64,000 bases of DNA from a virus, in the IMG/VR virus record IMGVR_UViG_3300045988_126619, positions 32,001 through 96,000 of that record, one strand, 5' to 3'. Position numbers and translations under genes: made by a program. Under the pieces are notes generated by a model, which saw nothing but the letters and a program-made list of their open reading frames with translations, was not told the origin of the DNA and did no database searches. Shown piece by piece: positions 10,623 through 19,147 of the stretch (positions are counted from its first letter, which is position 1; every line of letters begins with the position of its first letter).

Positions 10623-11129
10623 TTATATTTCTACAAAAGTAGTTGCGTTAACCTGTTGAATAAGTGTTTCTAAATCTGATATTTCATCAACTAAAGATTG
10701 TTTTTCAGCTTTAATAACATCTATATCATAGTTTAGGTCAACTACTCTATAATATGAACTACTTCCATTTCCATCAAATTTCCTGCTCAATGAAGGTGCT
10801 TTACTAGACAAAGTTTCAAATAGTTCCAATTCTTTTCTCAAACTAGAAACCGTATTGATAGCTTCAATAATAGTCATATCTTCTTTGACTTTAACAGTTG
10901 CGTTCATTTTAGCTAATATATTTTTATATTTTGTCAATGTATTTAATTCTGATTTATATTTTGATAAAACCTCTTCAAAGTCTTTCACATCTACTAAAAC
11001 TTGTTCAGTTCCATCTAATTCTCTATCTTTTGTTATTGTACAATTGTTCATTACATCATAACGTAATGCACTCATGTCTTTTGATTTTTGATTAATAATC
11101 AATAATAAATTTGATAATGTTACTCTCAT
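10623..11129 (-). CDS. coiled-coil hypothetical protein
   Basis: Track ORF trimmed to ATG 11129, preceded by AAAGGGGAA. The upstream part of the track ORF overlaps a separate small gene. Confidence 0.55.
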   Translation of the reverse strand: MRVTLSNLLLIINQKSKDMSALRYDVMNNCTITKDRELDGTEQVLVDVKDFEEVLSKYKSELNTLTKYKNILAKMNATVKVKEDMTIIEAINTVSSLRKELELFETLSSKAPSLSRKFDGNGSSSYYRVVDLNYDIDVIKAEKQSLVDEISDLETLIQQVNATTFVEI

Positions 11130-11157
11130 ACTTATCATTCCCCTTTTCATCTTTTTA

Positions 11158-11313
11158 TTAAATCTCTTTCGGTTTTGTCTGACACCCACAAACTGGACAA
11201 TAAAACATATATTTATTACCAATTTTGTCATAGTCTTTATTTTTCATATATTCATCTACATTTATTAAAGTTTTACAGTTTTCACATTTTATACCATGGT
11301 ATTTCTTCTTCAC
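11158..11313 (-). CDS. small zinc-ribbon protein (51 aa)
   Basis: GTG start with AAGGAG 8 nt upstream. Sequence KKKYHGIKCENCK...YCPVCGCQTKPKEI carries two CxxC pairs. Too short for the ORF track. Confidence 0.45.
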   Translation of the reverse strand: MKKKYHGIKCENCKTLINVDEYMKNKDYDKIGNKYMFYCPVCGCQTKPKEI

Positions 11314-11469
11314 TTTAATCAACTCCTTACATATATTACATTATGGGAGGGGTACGAATACCCCAAACCATATAAATATGAAAGAGAGAAAAATAATATG
11401 AAAAATATGAATATCAATTAAGAACAAACAGACACGGATACTGTTTGCTCTATTATGGATACTCAAAAA

Positions 11470-11544
11470 TGGCAGGTGGACTAGGAATCGAACCTAGACA
11501 AACAATTTTGGAGATTGTCATTCTAGCCATTAAATTACCCACCC
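11470..11544 (-). tRNA. tRNA-Trp (anticodon CCA), CCA encoded
   Basis: Cloverleaf by eye: acceptor GGGTGGG/TCCACCT, anticodon arm ACAAT-CTCCAAA-ATTGT, T arm CTAGG-TTCGATT-CCTAG. Confidence 0.85.
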
Positions 11545-11564
11545 ACATAAAAGAAAGACGAAGA

Positions 11565-11801
11565 TTATTCCTCGTCTTCACTTTCTTCTTCTACTTTAGC
11601 TAAATCACTTTCACTAACTGGTGTGTCTGCCTCTGTTATTACAACCTTCACATAGGCATTATCTACCCCTGCCATATCACATAATTTAGATAACTTCACA
11701 GGCACAGCAAACTCTTCTGATTCTAATGTCATTTTTTCAGTATCTAAGAATCCACTCGCTACTATCCCTGCCCCTTTAATTGTGATTGCACTTTTTGCCA
11801 T
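11565..11801 (-). CDS. hypothetical protein, acidic C terminus
   Basis: ORF track. Motif variant ATAAAATAAACAATA (11819-11833) and GGGGA RBS lie upstream. Confidence 0.6.
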   Translation of the reverse strand: MAKSAITIKGAGIVASGFLDTEKMTLESEEFAVPVKLSKLCDMAGVDNAYVKVVITEADTPVSESDLAKVEEESEDEE

Positions 11802-11842
11802 ATTTAATTGTCCCCTTTTATTGTTTATTTTATTTACAAAAA

Positions 11843-13297
11843 TTATAATTCTATTGTGAAATCTAATTCTGAAACAAAAACCTTTGTAGTTCTATTATTT
11901 TCAGATAACATATCTTCTAATTTTGCTTTTAATTCTTCTTTTGCTTCATCTTCACCGTGCATCAAAACTACTTTATTACAATTGCATTGTTTAATATAGT
12001 TTATCAAATCTGTTTGGCTTGCATGAGAACTAAAAGTATTAAATCTTCTAATATTACAATGTTTGATTAATATATCTTTTTTATCAAATTCAACCTTATC
12101 AAGTGTTTCATCTAATATTTGCCCACCTATACAATTAGGAGAACAATAACCACAAAATAATATACTAGAATTAGTTTGTCCTAATAATCTATGAGCATGA
12201 AGTGTACTTCTTCCTCCACTAATCATCCCGCTACTAGATAGTATTACTGCTTGCTGTTTTTTACTCATGAAAGCGATACTAGCATCATAACTATCTATAA
12301 ATTTAAAACATTCCCAATTAATTACTTGTTTCCAATATTCTAATTCTTCACCTTCTAAAATAGAGAATAATGCTTTATTTATTTTACATCCCAAATTTGT
12401 ATCAATAACAATTGGTATTTCTCTATTCCAACTATCTTTAAATGTATCATATAGATAACACATTATATTTTGAAGTCTGTGTTGAGCGAATACTGGAATT
12501 AATACAGAACCATTTCTGTCTAACGTTTGAATGATTTCTTTTTTAAATTCTTCACGTTCTCTTATACAGTCCTGTTTAGTGAAGTTTCTATCACCTTTAC
12601 CATAAGTAGATTCTAAAAATACAACATCTGCTTTAGCTACATTAATAGTAGGTTTAACAAAATAATTAAATTGGAAATTATCAGTATTACCTAAATCTCC
12701 CGAAAACAATATCTTTTTAACAGTATTTGTTCCATATTTTTTAATATATAAAACCAACTGTGTTGCTCCCATCATATGGCTATTATCTACATATTGAAAA
12801 GAAACATATTCGTCAACTTTAATTATTTCATTCATAGAAACTTCTTCTATTTTATCTAATACTTTCCACATATCTTGAGTTGTATATAGTGGTTTACATT
12901 TCTTTCCTGTTTGTTTTAAATATTTACAATCATCTTCATGTATTTTTGTTCCATCTTTCAACATTACTGGTGCTATAGTTTTATTTGCATTATTCATAAA
13001 TATTTTTCCTGCAAATTCTTTTACATTTAAATAAGGTAATCCTCCAACATGGTCTTGGTGATTATGTGTTACAAAAACATATTCAGCATATTTAATTGGT
13101 ATGTTTTCAAACATCTTTTTATTGTCCATATATTCATCCCATTTAGAACCACCTTGACAAGTTCCTAAATCTACTAATAAATGTTTTCTACCTTCTTGTG
13201 TCATGTAAGACACCATTGTACATGAACCTGTTACTTGGTGACTTTGTGAGCCACACGTAATACATATGATTTTATTATCTTTCCTCTTTTTACCCAT
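11843..13297 (-). CDS. MBL-fold beta-CASP nuclease (RNase J / CPSF / Artemis-like)
   Basis: HNHQDHVGG (HxHxDH) in the N-terminal third. 484 aa, matching the beta-CASP architecture. Confidence 0.75.
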   Translation of the reverse strand: MGKKRKDNKIICITCGSQSHQVTGSCTMVSYMTQEGRKHLLVDLGTCQGGSKWDEYMDNKKMFENIPIKYAEYVFVTHNHQDHVGGLPYLNVKEFAGKIFMNNANKTIAPVMLKDGTKIHEDDCKYLKQTGKKCKPLYTTQDMWKVLDKIEEVSMNEIIKVDEYVSFQYVDNSHMMGATQLVLYIKKYGTNTVKKILFSGDLGNTDNFQFNYFVKPTINVAKADVVFLESTYGKGDRNFTKQDCIREREEFKKEIIQTLDRNGSVLIPVFAQHRLQNIMCYLYDTFKDSWNREIPIVIDTNLGCKINKALFSILEGEELEYWKQVINWECFKFIDSYDASIAFMSKKQQAVILSSSGMISGGRSTLHAHRLLGQTNSSILFCGYCSPNCIGGQILDETLDKVEFDKKDILIKHCNIRRFNTFSSHASQTDLINYIKQCNCNKVVLMHGEDEAKEELKAKLEDMLSENNRTTKVFVSELDFTIEL

Positions 13298-13380
13298 AAC
13301 AAAAATTCCTCCACACTCTCCTTAATAGTAAATAGGAATCTTTGTTTTAGATAAAAGTTTCTCTATTTATCTATTAATAA

Positions 13381-13408
13381 ATAAAAAGGGTAGTCTTATC
13401 AACTACCC
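13381..13408 (-). terminator. rho-independent terminator
   Basis: GGGTAGT-7-ACTACCC followed by a T-run on the minus strand, just after the HU-like gene. Confidence 0.6.
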
Positions 13409-13424
13409 TAATTTAAACAATAAA

Positions 13425-13730
13425 CTATCTGTTTACTGCTGATGTTTTCTTTATCTTTACAACTTCCTTTGCAGGTGCTGTATGTGCAGGATATGTTACT
13501 CCATTTAATGTTCTTTCTGGAACTTCCTTTTCATCTTGCATTACTTTTTCTACTCTGATATAAGAACCTAATTTAATTCCTTCGTCTACTCCTAGTCTAT
13601 CTATTACTGCATCTACAACTACATCAAAATTAGCAACAAAATCTTCTGCTGATTTCTTTGTTTTTAGTTCTAATGCTTCCTTTACTACGTCTACTAATAC
13701 TTCTTTCTTTAATAACTCTACCTTTGCCAT
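13425..13730 (-). CDS. HU/IHF-family DNA-binding protein
   Basis: About 100 aa. The helix-helix-beta-arm layout is colinear with bacterial HU, with a KK..A...V..F start and an arm with P. Confidence 0.7.
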   Translation of the reverse strand: MAKVELLKKEVLVDVVKEALELKTKKSAEDFVANFDVVVDAVIDRLGVDEGIKLGSYIRVEKVMQDEKEVPERTLNGVTYPAHTAPAKEVVKIKKTSAVNR

Positions 13731-13783
13731 AATTCTTTTTCTCCTTTTCGTTTCTTAGATTTTTTATTATTGTTTATTTTATT

Positions 13784-13826
13784 TCGGTGTCACAGGAATT
13801 GAACCCATGTACGTGCCTACACACCG
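13784..13826 (-). ncRNA. tRNA-like minihelix (acceptor stem + T arm only)
   Basis: CGGTGTG-11 nt-ATGGG-TTCAATT-CCTGT-GACACCG-A. No D or anticodon arm. Confidence 0.4.
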
Positions 13827-13881
13827 ATGTTTCCTTTATTTATAAAAAAACAAAGGAATAAATACATGAACTTTAACACGT

Positions 13882-13954
13882 TGGAAATTATAGGACTTGA
13901 ACCTACATCTCTCCGACTACTACGGAGTGCTTTCACCAGTTAAACTAAACTTCC
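13882..13954 (-). tRNA. tRNA with anticodon GUA (Tyr-like) and atypical loop
   Basis: Full cloverleaf: GGAAGTT/AATTTCC, D arm GTTT..AAGC, anticodon arm CTCCG-TAGTAGT-CGGAG, T arm GTAGG-TTCAAGT-CCTAT. A at position 33, short variable arm. Confidence 0.65.
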
Positions 13955-14040
13955 ATATAAATCCTATTTCTTTTTCGTCTGTGTGAAATAGGTAAATGTC
14001 ACCAGTATACTATAATATATTATCAAGGAGGTGTTTATTA

Positions 14041-14092
14041 GGGAAATCAAGGAATCGAACCTCTTTTAATGTTTAACCATAAACAATTTCCC
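14041..14092 (-). ncRNA. D-arm-less tRNA-like element (pseudo-tRNA?)
   Basis: GGGAAAT / TGTTT-ATGGTTA-AAACA / TTAAA / AGAGG-TTCGATT-CCTTG / ATTTCCC. 52 nt. Confidence 0.4.
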
Positions 14093-14128
14093 ATGTTAAA
14101 AGATAAGAAATTAATCTTACCTTAATAT

Positions 14129-14203
14129 TGGCGAGGATAGGTGGAAGTCGAACCACCGTTCACAGGTTAACAGCCTGTTGTTCTACCATTGGACTATATC
14201 CTC
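14129..14203 (-). tRNA. tRNA-Asn (GUU), CCA encoded
   Basis: GAGGATA/TATCCTC acceptor, ACAGG-CTGTTAA-CCTGT, GGTGG-TTCGACT-TCCACC. Confidence 0.9.
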
Positions 14204-15111
14204 ATATTATTATCTTTGAAGGCTTTTAGATTCTATCCTTCTTCTTGACTTTCAGAAGACTTACTGTCTATCTCCCTTATCCACTAACTCATGCTAGTAT
14301 CAAGAAATGCCTGCTATTTTATATACCGTTAGCTTTTACGGTCTACTAATATACTACTCTACAGTTCGCATTATACTTGCCTTGCGAGCAATTAAGGATT
14401 GGCTAAATCCAAATACGCTGTTCCTTATAAAGTAATTAAGTCCTTGCGAGAACTCCATTACACTTTGTTACATCTCTGCCAAAGTATTAAGACACTTTCG
14501 TATATTAGGAAGAAGAATTTTCGCTTTAGTTATTTGTATTTCAAATAAAATATGATATCCTCAATCATCACTTAAATCTGCTATATTCTTCTTAACTTTT
14601 CCAAACAGAAGTCACATCTTCTTAGTTGTTTCCTTGCCTTTTGAGCAAAGCTATACAACAGCGACTTCGATGCTTTCACTCAATTTATAAGTTACTAACG
14701 GTTCTATAAGATACTTTAGGATACTCCCTATTTTTCTTATACAACTGGTTATCGCACTTGTGTAAATTTCACTCGTACTATTTAACCTTACACTTTAGAT
14801 TTTCCATTTCACTAGTTTAGCGTGAACTATCCAATTGCTAGTTGGAAGATTTCATTCTTTGGTTATTCCATTACTCTCTTGTCATTCCTAGCTTATAGGA
14901 CTTTACCATATTGCTGACTATATTTTCACTTAACCAATATGATAAACATTTAAATCTTGTGTATTGCTTGAATTGACCATAAATGGCGAATGGTTGTTAG
15001 CCACCCTTTACATATATTACTATATGCTATCTGTGTCAAGCCACAATACGCACCTATATTAGTGTACCAGTTACTTTTATTTTAAAGAGTTAAAGTAACA
15101 AACTTTCTTCT
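14204..15111 (-). ncRNA. candidate very large structured ncRNA (GOLLD/ROOL-like context)
   Basis: 908 nt with no ORF of 60 aa or more on either strand. Abutted by tRNA-Glu and tRNA-Asn on the same strand. Less AT-rich than its surroundings. Local hairpins and GNRA-type loops are present. Confidence 0.5.
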
Positions 15112-15186
15112 TGGTACTCCATAGCAGAATTGAACTGCTGTCTTCACCGTGAAAGGGTGATGGCTTAACCACTTGCCTAATGGAGC
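15112..15186 (-). tRNA. tRNA-Glu (UUC), CCA encoded
   Basis: GCTCCAT/ATGGAGT, TCACC-CTTTCAC-GGTGA, GCAG-TTCAATT-CTGC. Confidence 0.9.
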
Positions 15187-15202
15187 ATATTAAAAGATTT
15201 TA

Positions 15203-15276
15203 TGGAGCAGTAATCGAGAATCGAACTCGAAACTTCGGGTCGGAAGCACGACATTTTACCATTAAACTATTACTGC
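15203..15276 (-). tRNA. tRNA-Gly (UCC), CCA encoded
   Basis: GCAGTAA/TTACTGC, anticodon loop CTTCCGA, TCGAG-TTCGATT-CTCGA. Confidence 0.85.
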
Positions 15277-15320
15277 TCGTTTTATCTTTCGTTATTATTT
15301 TTCTGTTTCTCTTTCGTTCT

Positions 15321-15413
15321 TGGCGGAGAATGTAGGATTCGAACCTACGATACCCTATTTAAGAGTATGACAGATTAGCAATCTGCTGTCTTAAACCACT
15401 CGACCAATTCTCC
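15321..15413 (-). tRNA. tRNA-Ser (GCU), class II long variable arm, CCA encoded
   Basis: GGAGAAT/ATTCTCC, GCAGA-TTGCTAA-TCTGT, long variable arm, GTAGG-TTCGAAT-CCTAC. Confidence 0.9.
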
Positions 15414-15615
15414 ATATTAATTACTCATAAAATAACTTCTCCTAAAAAGAGTGACATATTTCAGCCACTCTAAAAAGGAGAGTATTAATTATGAAAGAGA
15501 GGTATAAAAATTGAAAAGTTTGACCTCGAAAGGTCAATGGTATAAAAACTTTTTTAAAGTTATTATCTTTTGTTATTTGATAATTTCACCATTGGTTTAT
15601 TATCACTTTTTCTGT

Positions 15616-15630
15616 TATTGTTTATTTTAT
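15616..15630 (-). promoter_or_regulatory. conserved motif variant upstream of the tRNA cluster
   Basis: ATAAAATAAACAATA on the minus strand, about 200 nt upstream of tRNA-Ser. The leader contains a UUCG-capped hairpin TTGACCT-TTCG-AGGTCAA (15518-15535). Confidence 0.5.
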
Positions 15631-15730
15631 GTTTGAAAAGAGAACCTATAAACTACTATCTGTTTCTCGTTCTCTTTTCACAATACAACTTTCAAAATGC
15701 CTATAAACCGCACCATTGAGCCATTCTTTG

Positions 15731-15783
15731 AAAAAATAAAAAAGTAGCACACCCTTCAACCCTAGTGTTCATGCGGGTTTGCT
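15731..15783 (-). terminator. rho-independent terminator after the GIY-YIG gene
   Basis: AGCAAACCC...GGGTGTGCT stem followed by a long T-run on the minus strand. Confidence 0.55.
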
Positions 15784-15803
15784 GGGATTTCAAAATCAAA
15801 CAA

Positions 15804-16244
15804 TTATTTTTCATTTAGCACGTATATATTCTTTTCTTTCAATAATAACAATACGGTTTCTAAATCTTCTTTTCTTATTTTTATTCTAATATATTCTTTA
15901 TGATTATTAAAATTGTATTCATATAATTCTTGATTATATATATTTTTTTTATATATATTAATGTAAACCCTTTCTTTAATATTTAATTCTTCTTTGCTAA
16001 ATGCGTAATCTACATTTTTATATACTTCAAAATTTTTAAACCCATATTGTTCTATATCATTGATTAATTCATCATTACTTCTTTTTTCTCTTCTTCTAGT
16101 ATTATAAAATTTTTCAATGTCACTAAATCCTTTACCTCTATACCTTCCATTAAATCCATTCTTATTAGAAGTTTTTCCTATATATACCTTATTGTTTATT
16201 TTATTTACAACTTTGTATATTACTCCATATATTTTATTTTTCAT
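15804..16244 (-). CDS. GIY-YIG homing-endonuclease-like protein
   Basis: IYGVIYKVVNKINNKVYIGKT...GRYRG. Start moved to ATG 16244 (GGAGAAGGGA RBS). Overlaps the RNAP gene end by 11 nt. Confidence 0.7.
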   Translation of the reverse strand: MKNKIYGVIYKVVNKINNKVYIGKTSNKNGFNGRYRGKGFSDIEKFYNTRRREKRSNDELINDIEQYGFKNFEVYKNVDYAFSKEELNIKERVYINIYKKNIYNQELYEYNFNNHKEYIRIKIRKEDLETVLLLLKEKNIYVLNEK

Positions 16245-19122
16245 TCCCTTCTCCTTTCCTTCTAGTTCTATTATCAATTGTTTTTTCTATATTGACTTTT
16301 TTTGAACATTCATTACAATATTTTTGTCTAGGACTATTACTTTTAAACCTTTCTCCACATTCATTACATATCCTGTATCCTTTTTCTAATGACTTATAAT
16401 CAATGTTATCATTTATATTATTTATTATAGTATCACCAAATACATTAAATATAAATGTAAGATTATTTTCATGATTTAAAAAAGCATCCTTTACAATATA
16501 GTCAACCATGTCATTATAATCTATTCCTTTTTCTTTAGCATATATAATGAAAGATTCTTTTGCATCTATATATACATCTGTTTTTATATCACTTTTTGTT
16601 GTTGCATTTTCCTCTGCTTTCGCTCTTGTTCTTATCTTATCTTTAGTTTGACTTTCTATTTCTTCATATTTAGTTAATACAAAAGCTAAGTCTTTTACAT
16701 TTTTATTATGCAACAATGTTTCTAATTTAAATGTTCCAAATCCTTTCTTATAACTAAATCTTTTATATTTAACATGGTCTATACTTTTACATATTCTATC
16801 TATAACACCATTTCCTATTTCTCTACATTCATTATCTTTTTTATCTTTAGCAAATTTAAAGAAATGTGGATAATCATTATTATTCATTAACTGCTTAATA
16901 TCTTGTGGCAATCTTGGAAGTTCTAATTTTTTAGCAGAATCAATAATCCAGTTATTATATGCACATAATTTCTTTATTTCATCTTCTTTATCTTCATATC
17001 TATGTTGAGAAGTTATATTAGTAAGAGTATTAGAAACTTTACCTATATTAGATTTCTTATATACGAACTCTAATGATTTGAATATATTATTAATAGTTAA
17101 TTGTTTAGCTTCACCACCACCCATTTCATAGTACAATGGTCTAATATCTTTCATTTGTTCTTCTGCTAAATCTAACAACCATTTTTGCTTTGCATTATCC
17201 TTTACTACTAAAGCTTCATCACCATCCCAATCGCACATAAGAACTAAACTCATAAAATCTTTTGCAGAAACATATATAGCCTTAGTATTAAAGTAATTTG
17301 ATTTAGTATTACTAGCCTTATTCTTAGCCATAAACCATTCTCTACTTAAATGTGGACTTCTTAATAATGCCAATCTTTCACTATCTTTATATTCTTCAAA
17401 ATAAACTTCATTTGCTTCTAAATAATAATCTGAACCATCCCCAAATAATAAACTTGAAAAATGTATTAAATCTGGAATTATAAAAACTCTTTTTGCATTT
17501 AAATCTATTCTTCCACTTTTTGCATCTTTTCTATAGCTTGCTAAAACATCACGAACTTGATTTTTTACATATTTACTTGTAAGCATTTCTGGATATAACA
17601 TTAATGCAGTTTGGAAATTATTTTTTCTTTTATTTGATTTTGTAGCAGATAATAATTTTAATTGAGAATCCCTATCTACATGAACATCTTCTATTAATTT
17701 CTTAGTGTCGGCAGTTAAATATTCTATTTGTTCATCTGTCATATCTGTAAGAGTTTGCAACATCTGATAGTTAATATTCATATCCTTTAATCTTGGTTCA
17801 TCTTGCATACATATATTAAATGTGCAATTATATTTCTTAAAGTTTTCCTTATATTCATCCCAATCTTTATAATATTTCCATAACTTGAATTGAGATTTTG
17901 TGAATATTATTTGTATATCATCTTCTACAACATCATATTCTTTTCCATATATATCTTTTACTTTTGTAGATAAATTATTTTCTTTTATATATCTTAAATA
18001 GTTGAATGGACATACTAAACCTTTAAACCAAGGTAATCTTATTTGTGTGTTCTTTTTAAATATTTTAGTAAGACAAATTCCTGCTCCATCCATGAAATCT
18101 ATAGATATATCCATAACTTGTCTAGTTATTTCCCAATCAGTCTTATATACTGTTTTAGTTCTAACACCATTTTCATCATATACACATTTCTTTTCATCTA
18201 AAATTTTATCATCTCTGCTAATATAATCAACTTCACCTCTTATTAATGAAGAATAATCATCAACTACTATACATTTATCAATATCAAAATCTTCATATAT
18301 TTCAGATGCAGAATTGTTAAGACTTAAATAAGCACAGAACTTGTTTGCGTTCATACCTCCCATTTCATTTATTTTATCTATAGTAAGACCACACATTAAA
18401 TGTTTTTCTGTAGTTTCCCATAAATCTTCTTTAATCATCATGAATTTCTTTTGTCTAGTTTGTCCTGCTCCTGCTGTAAAGAATTTATATCTATATTCAT
18501 TACTAGATATTAATTCTCCTGTTTCTTCATCTATTTTTTCATCAACTATAGTAATACCATTTTTAATTACTTGTTCTGTAATTATCATATCAGTATTTCC
18601 TACTTCCATTACTATAAAATCTAATGTTGGTTTATTTTCATCAGCTAATTCTAATCCCAATTCTTGTTTTCTAGCTTTTATAGTTCTTATTGTAGCGTTA
18701 TCAAAAAATGTTATTTCATTCTTTATTCTAAAATCTTTAGTATATACAGTTCTGAATTTATTTTTCTTAATCTCTTCCTTTATTTTATGTGTCACGTCTG
18801 CATATTCTTCTTTTACTTCGCTATATACTAAAGTTTCTTCTGTAATAATAGTTTCTTTTTTACCATTAATCCATTTAATAGTATCAATTTCAATAGTAGT
18901 AGGAACTTCTTCTAATTTTTTCATATATTCTTTACGTTCTTCTGTAGAAATTTCTTCTCCTAAATCCTCATTTACAATTTCTTTATGTTTCTTTTTTAAT
19001 AAATAAGTTCTGTGATTTAATTGATATTGTAAATTATATAATTCTTTTTCATATTCAGTTTTTGTTAATCCTAATCCAATAGAATATAATTTTGTTTGTT
19101 TATTCATAGCCATATTTTTCAT
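16234..19122 (-). CDS. candidate single-subunit two-barrel RNA polymerase (YonO-like)
   Basis: LLRSPHLSREW followed about 45 aa later by MCDWDGDEALVV (17218-17232). This mirrors beta-prime NRAPTLHR...NADFDGDQMAVH. 962 aa with a C-terminal CNECG..CNEC zinc ribbon. Confidence 0.6.
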   Translation of the reverse strand: MKNMAMNKQTKLYSIGLGLTKTEYEKELYNLQYQLNHRTYLLKKKHKEIVNEDLGEEISTEERKEYMKKLEEVPTTIEIDTIKWINGKKETIITEETLVYSEVKEEYADVTHKIKEEIKKNKFRTVYTKDFRIKNEITFFDNATIRTIKARKQELGLELADENKPTLDFIVMEVGNTDMIITEQVIKNGITIVDEKIDEETGELISSNEYRYKFFTAGAGQTRQKKFMMIKEDLWETTEKHLMCGLTIDKINEMGGMNANKFCAYLSLNNSASEIYEDFDIDKCIVVDDYSSLIRGEVDYISRDDKILDEKKCVYDENGVRTKTVYKTDWEITRQVMDISIDFMDGAGICLTKIFKKNTQIRLPWFKGLVCPFNYLRYIKENNLSTKVKDIYGKEYDVVEDDIQIIFTKSQFKLWKYYKDWDEYKENFKKYNCTFNICMQDEPRLKDMNINYQMLQTLTDMTDEQIEYLTADTKKLIEDVHVDRDSQLKLLSATKSNKRKNNFQTALMLYPEMLTSKYVKNQVRDVLASYRKDAKSGRIDLNAKRVFIIPDLIHFSSLLFGDGSDYYLEANEVYFEEYKDSERLALLRSPHLSREWFMAKNKASNTKSNYFNTKAIYVSAKDFMSLVLMCDWDGDEALVVKDNAKQKWLLDLAEEQMKDIRPLYYEMGGGEAKQLTINNIFKSLEFVYKKSNIGKVSNTLTNITSQHRYEDKEDEIKKLCAYNNWIIDSAKKLELPRLPQDIKQLMNNNDYPHFFKFAKDKKDNECREIGNGVIDRICKSIDHVKYKRFSYKKGFGTFKLETLLHNKNVKDLAFVLTKYEEIESQTKDKIRTRAKAEENATTKSDIKTDVYIDAKESFIIYAKEKGIDYNDMVDYIVKDAFLNHENNLTFIFNVFGDTIINNINDNIDYKSLEKGYRICNECGERFKSNSPRQKYCNECSKKVNIEKTIDNRTRRKGEGNEK

Positions 19123-19132
19123 ACCTCTCTCT

Positions 19133-19147
19133 TATCATTTATTTTAT
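19133..19147 (-). promoter_or_regulatory. conserved motif directly upstream of the RNAP gene RBS
   Basis: CATAAAATAAATGATAAGAGAGAGGTATG. The motif overlaps the stop codon of the upstream gene, and no TATAAT follows. Confidence 0.5.

Noticed and set aside
14204-15111. Assigning the large RNA to RNase P RNA
   Set aside because: Only an AAAGUCC heptamer (about 14899-14905 in plus coordinates) resembles the P4 region. The length (908 nt) and the lack of other universal blocks argue against it.
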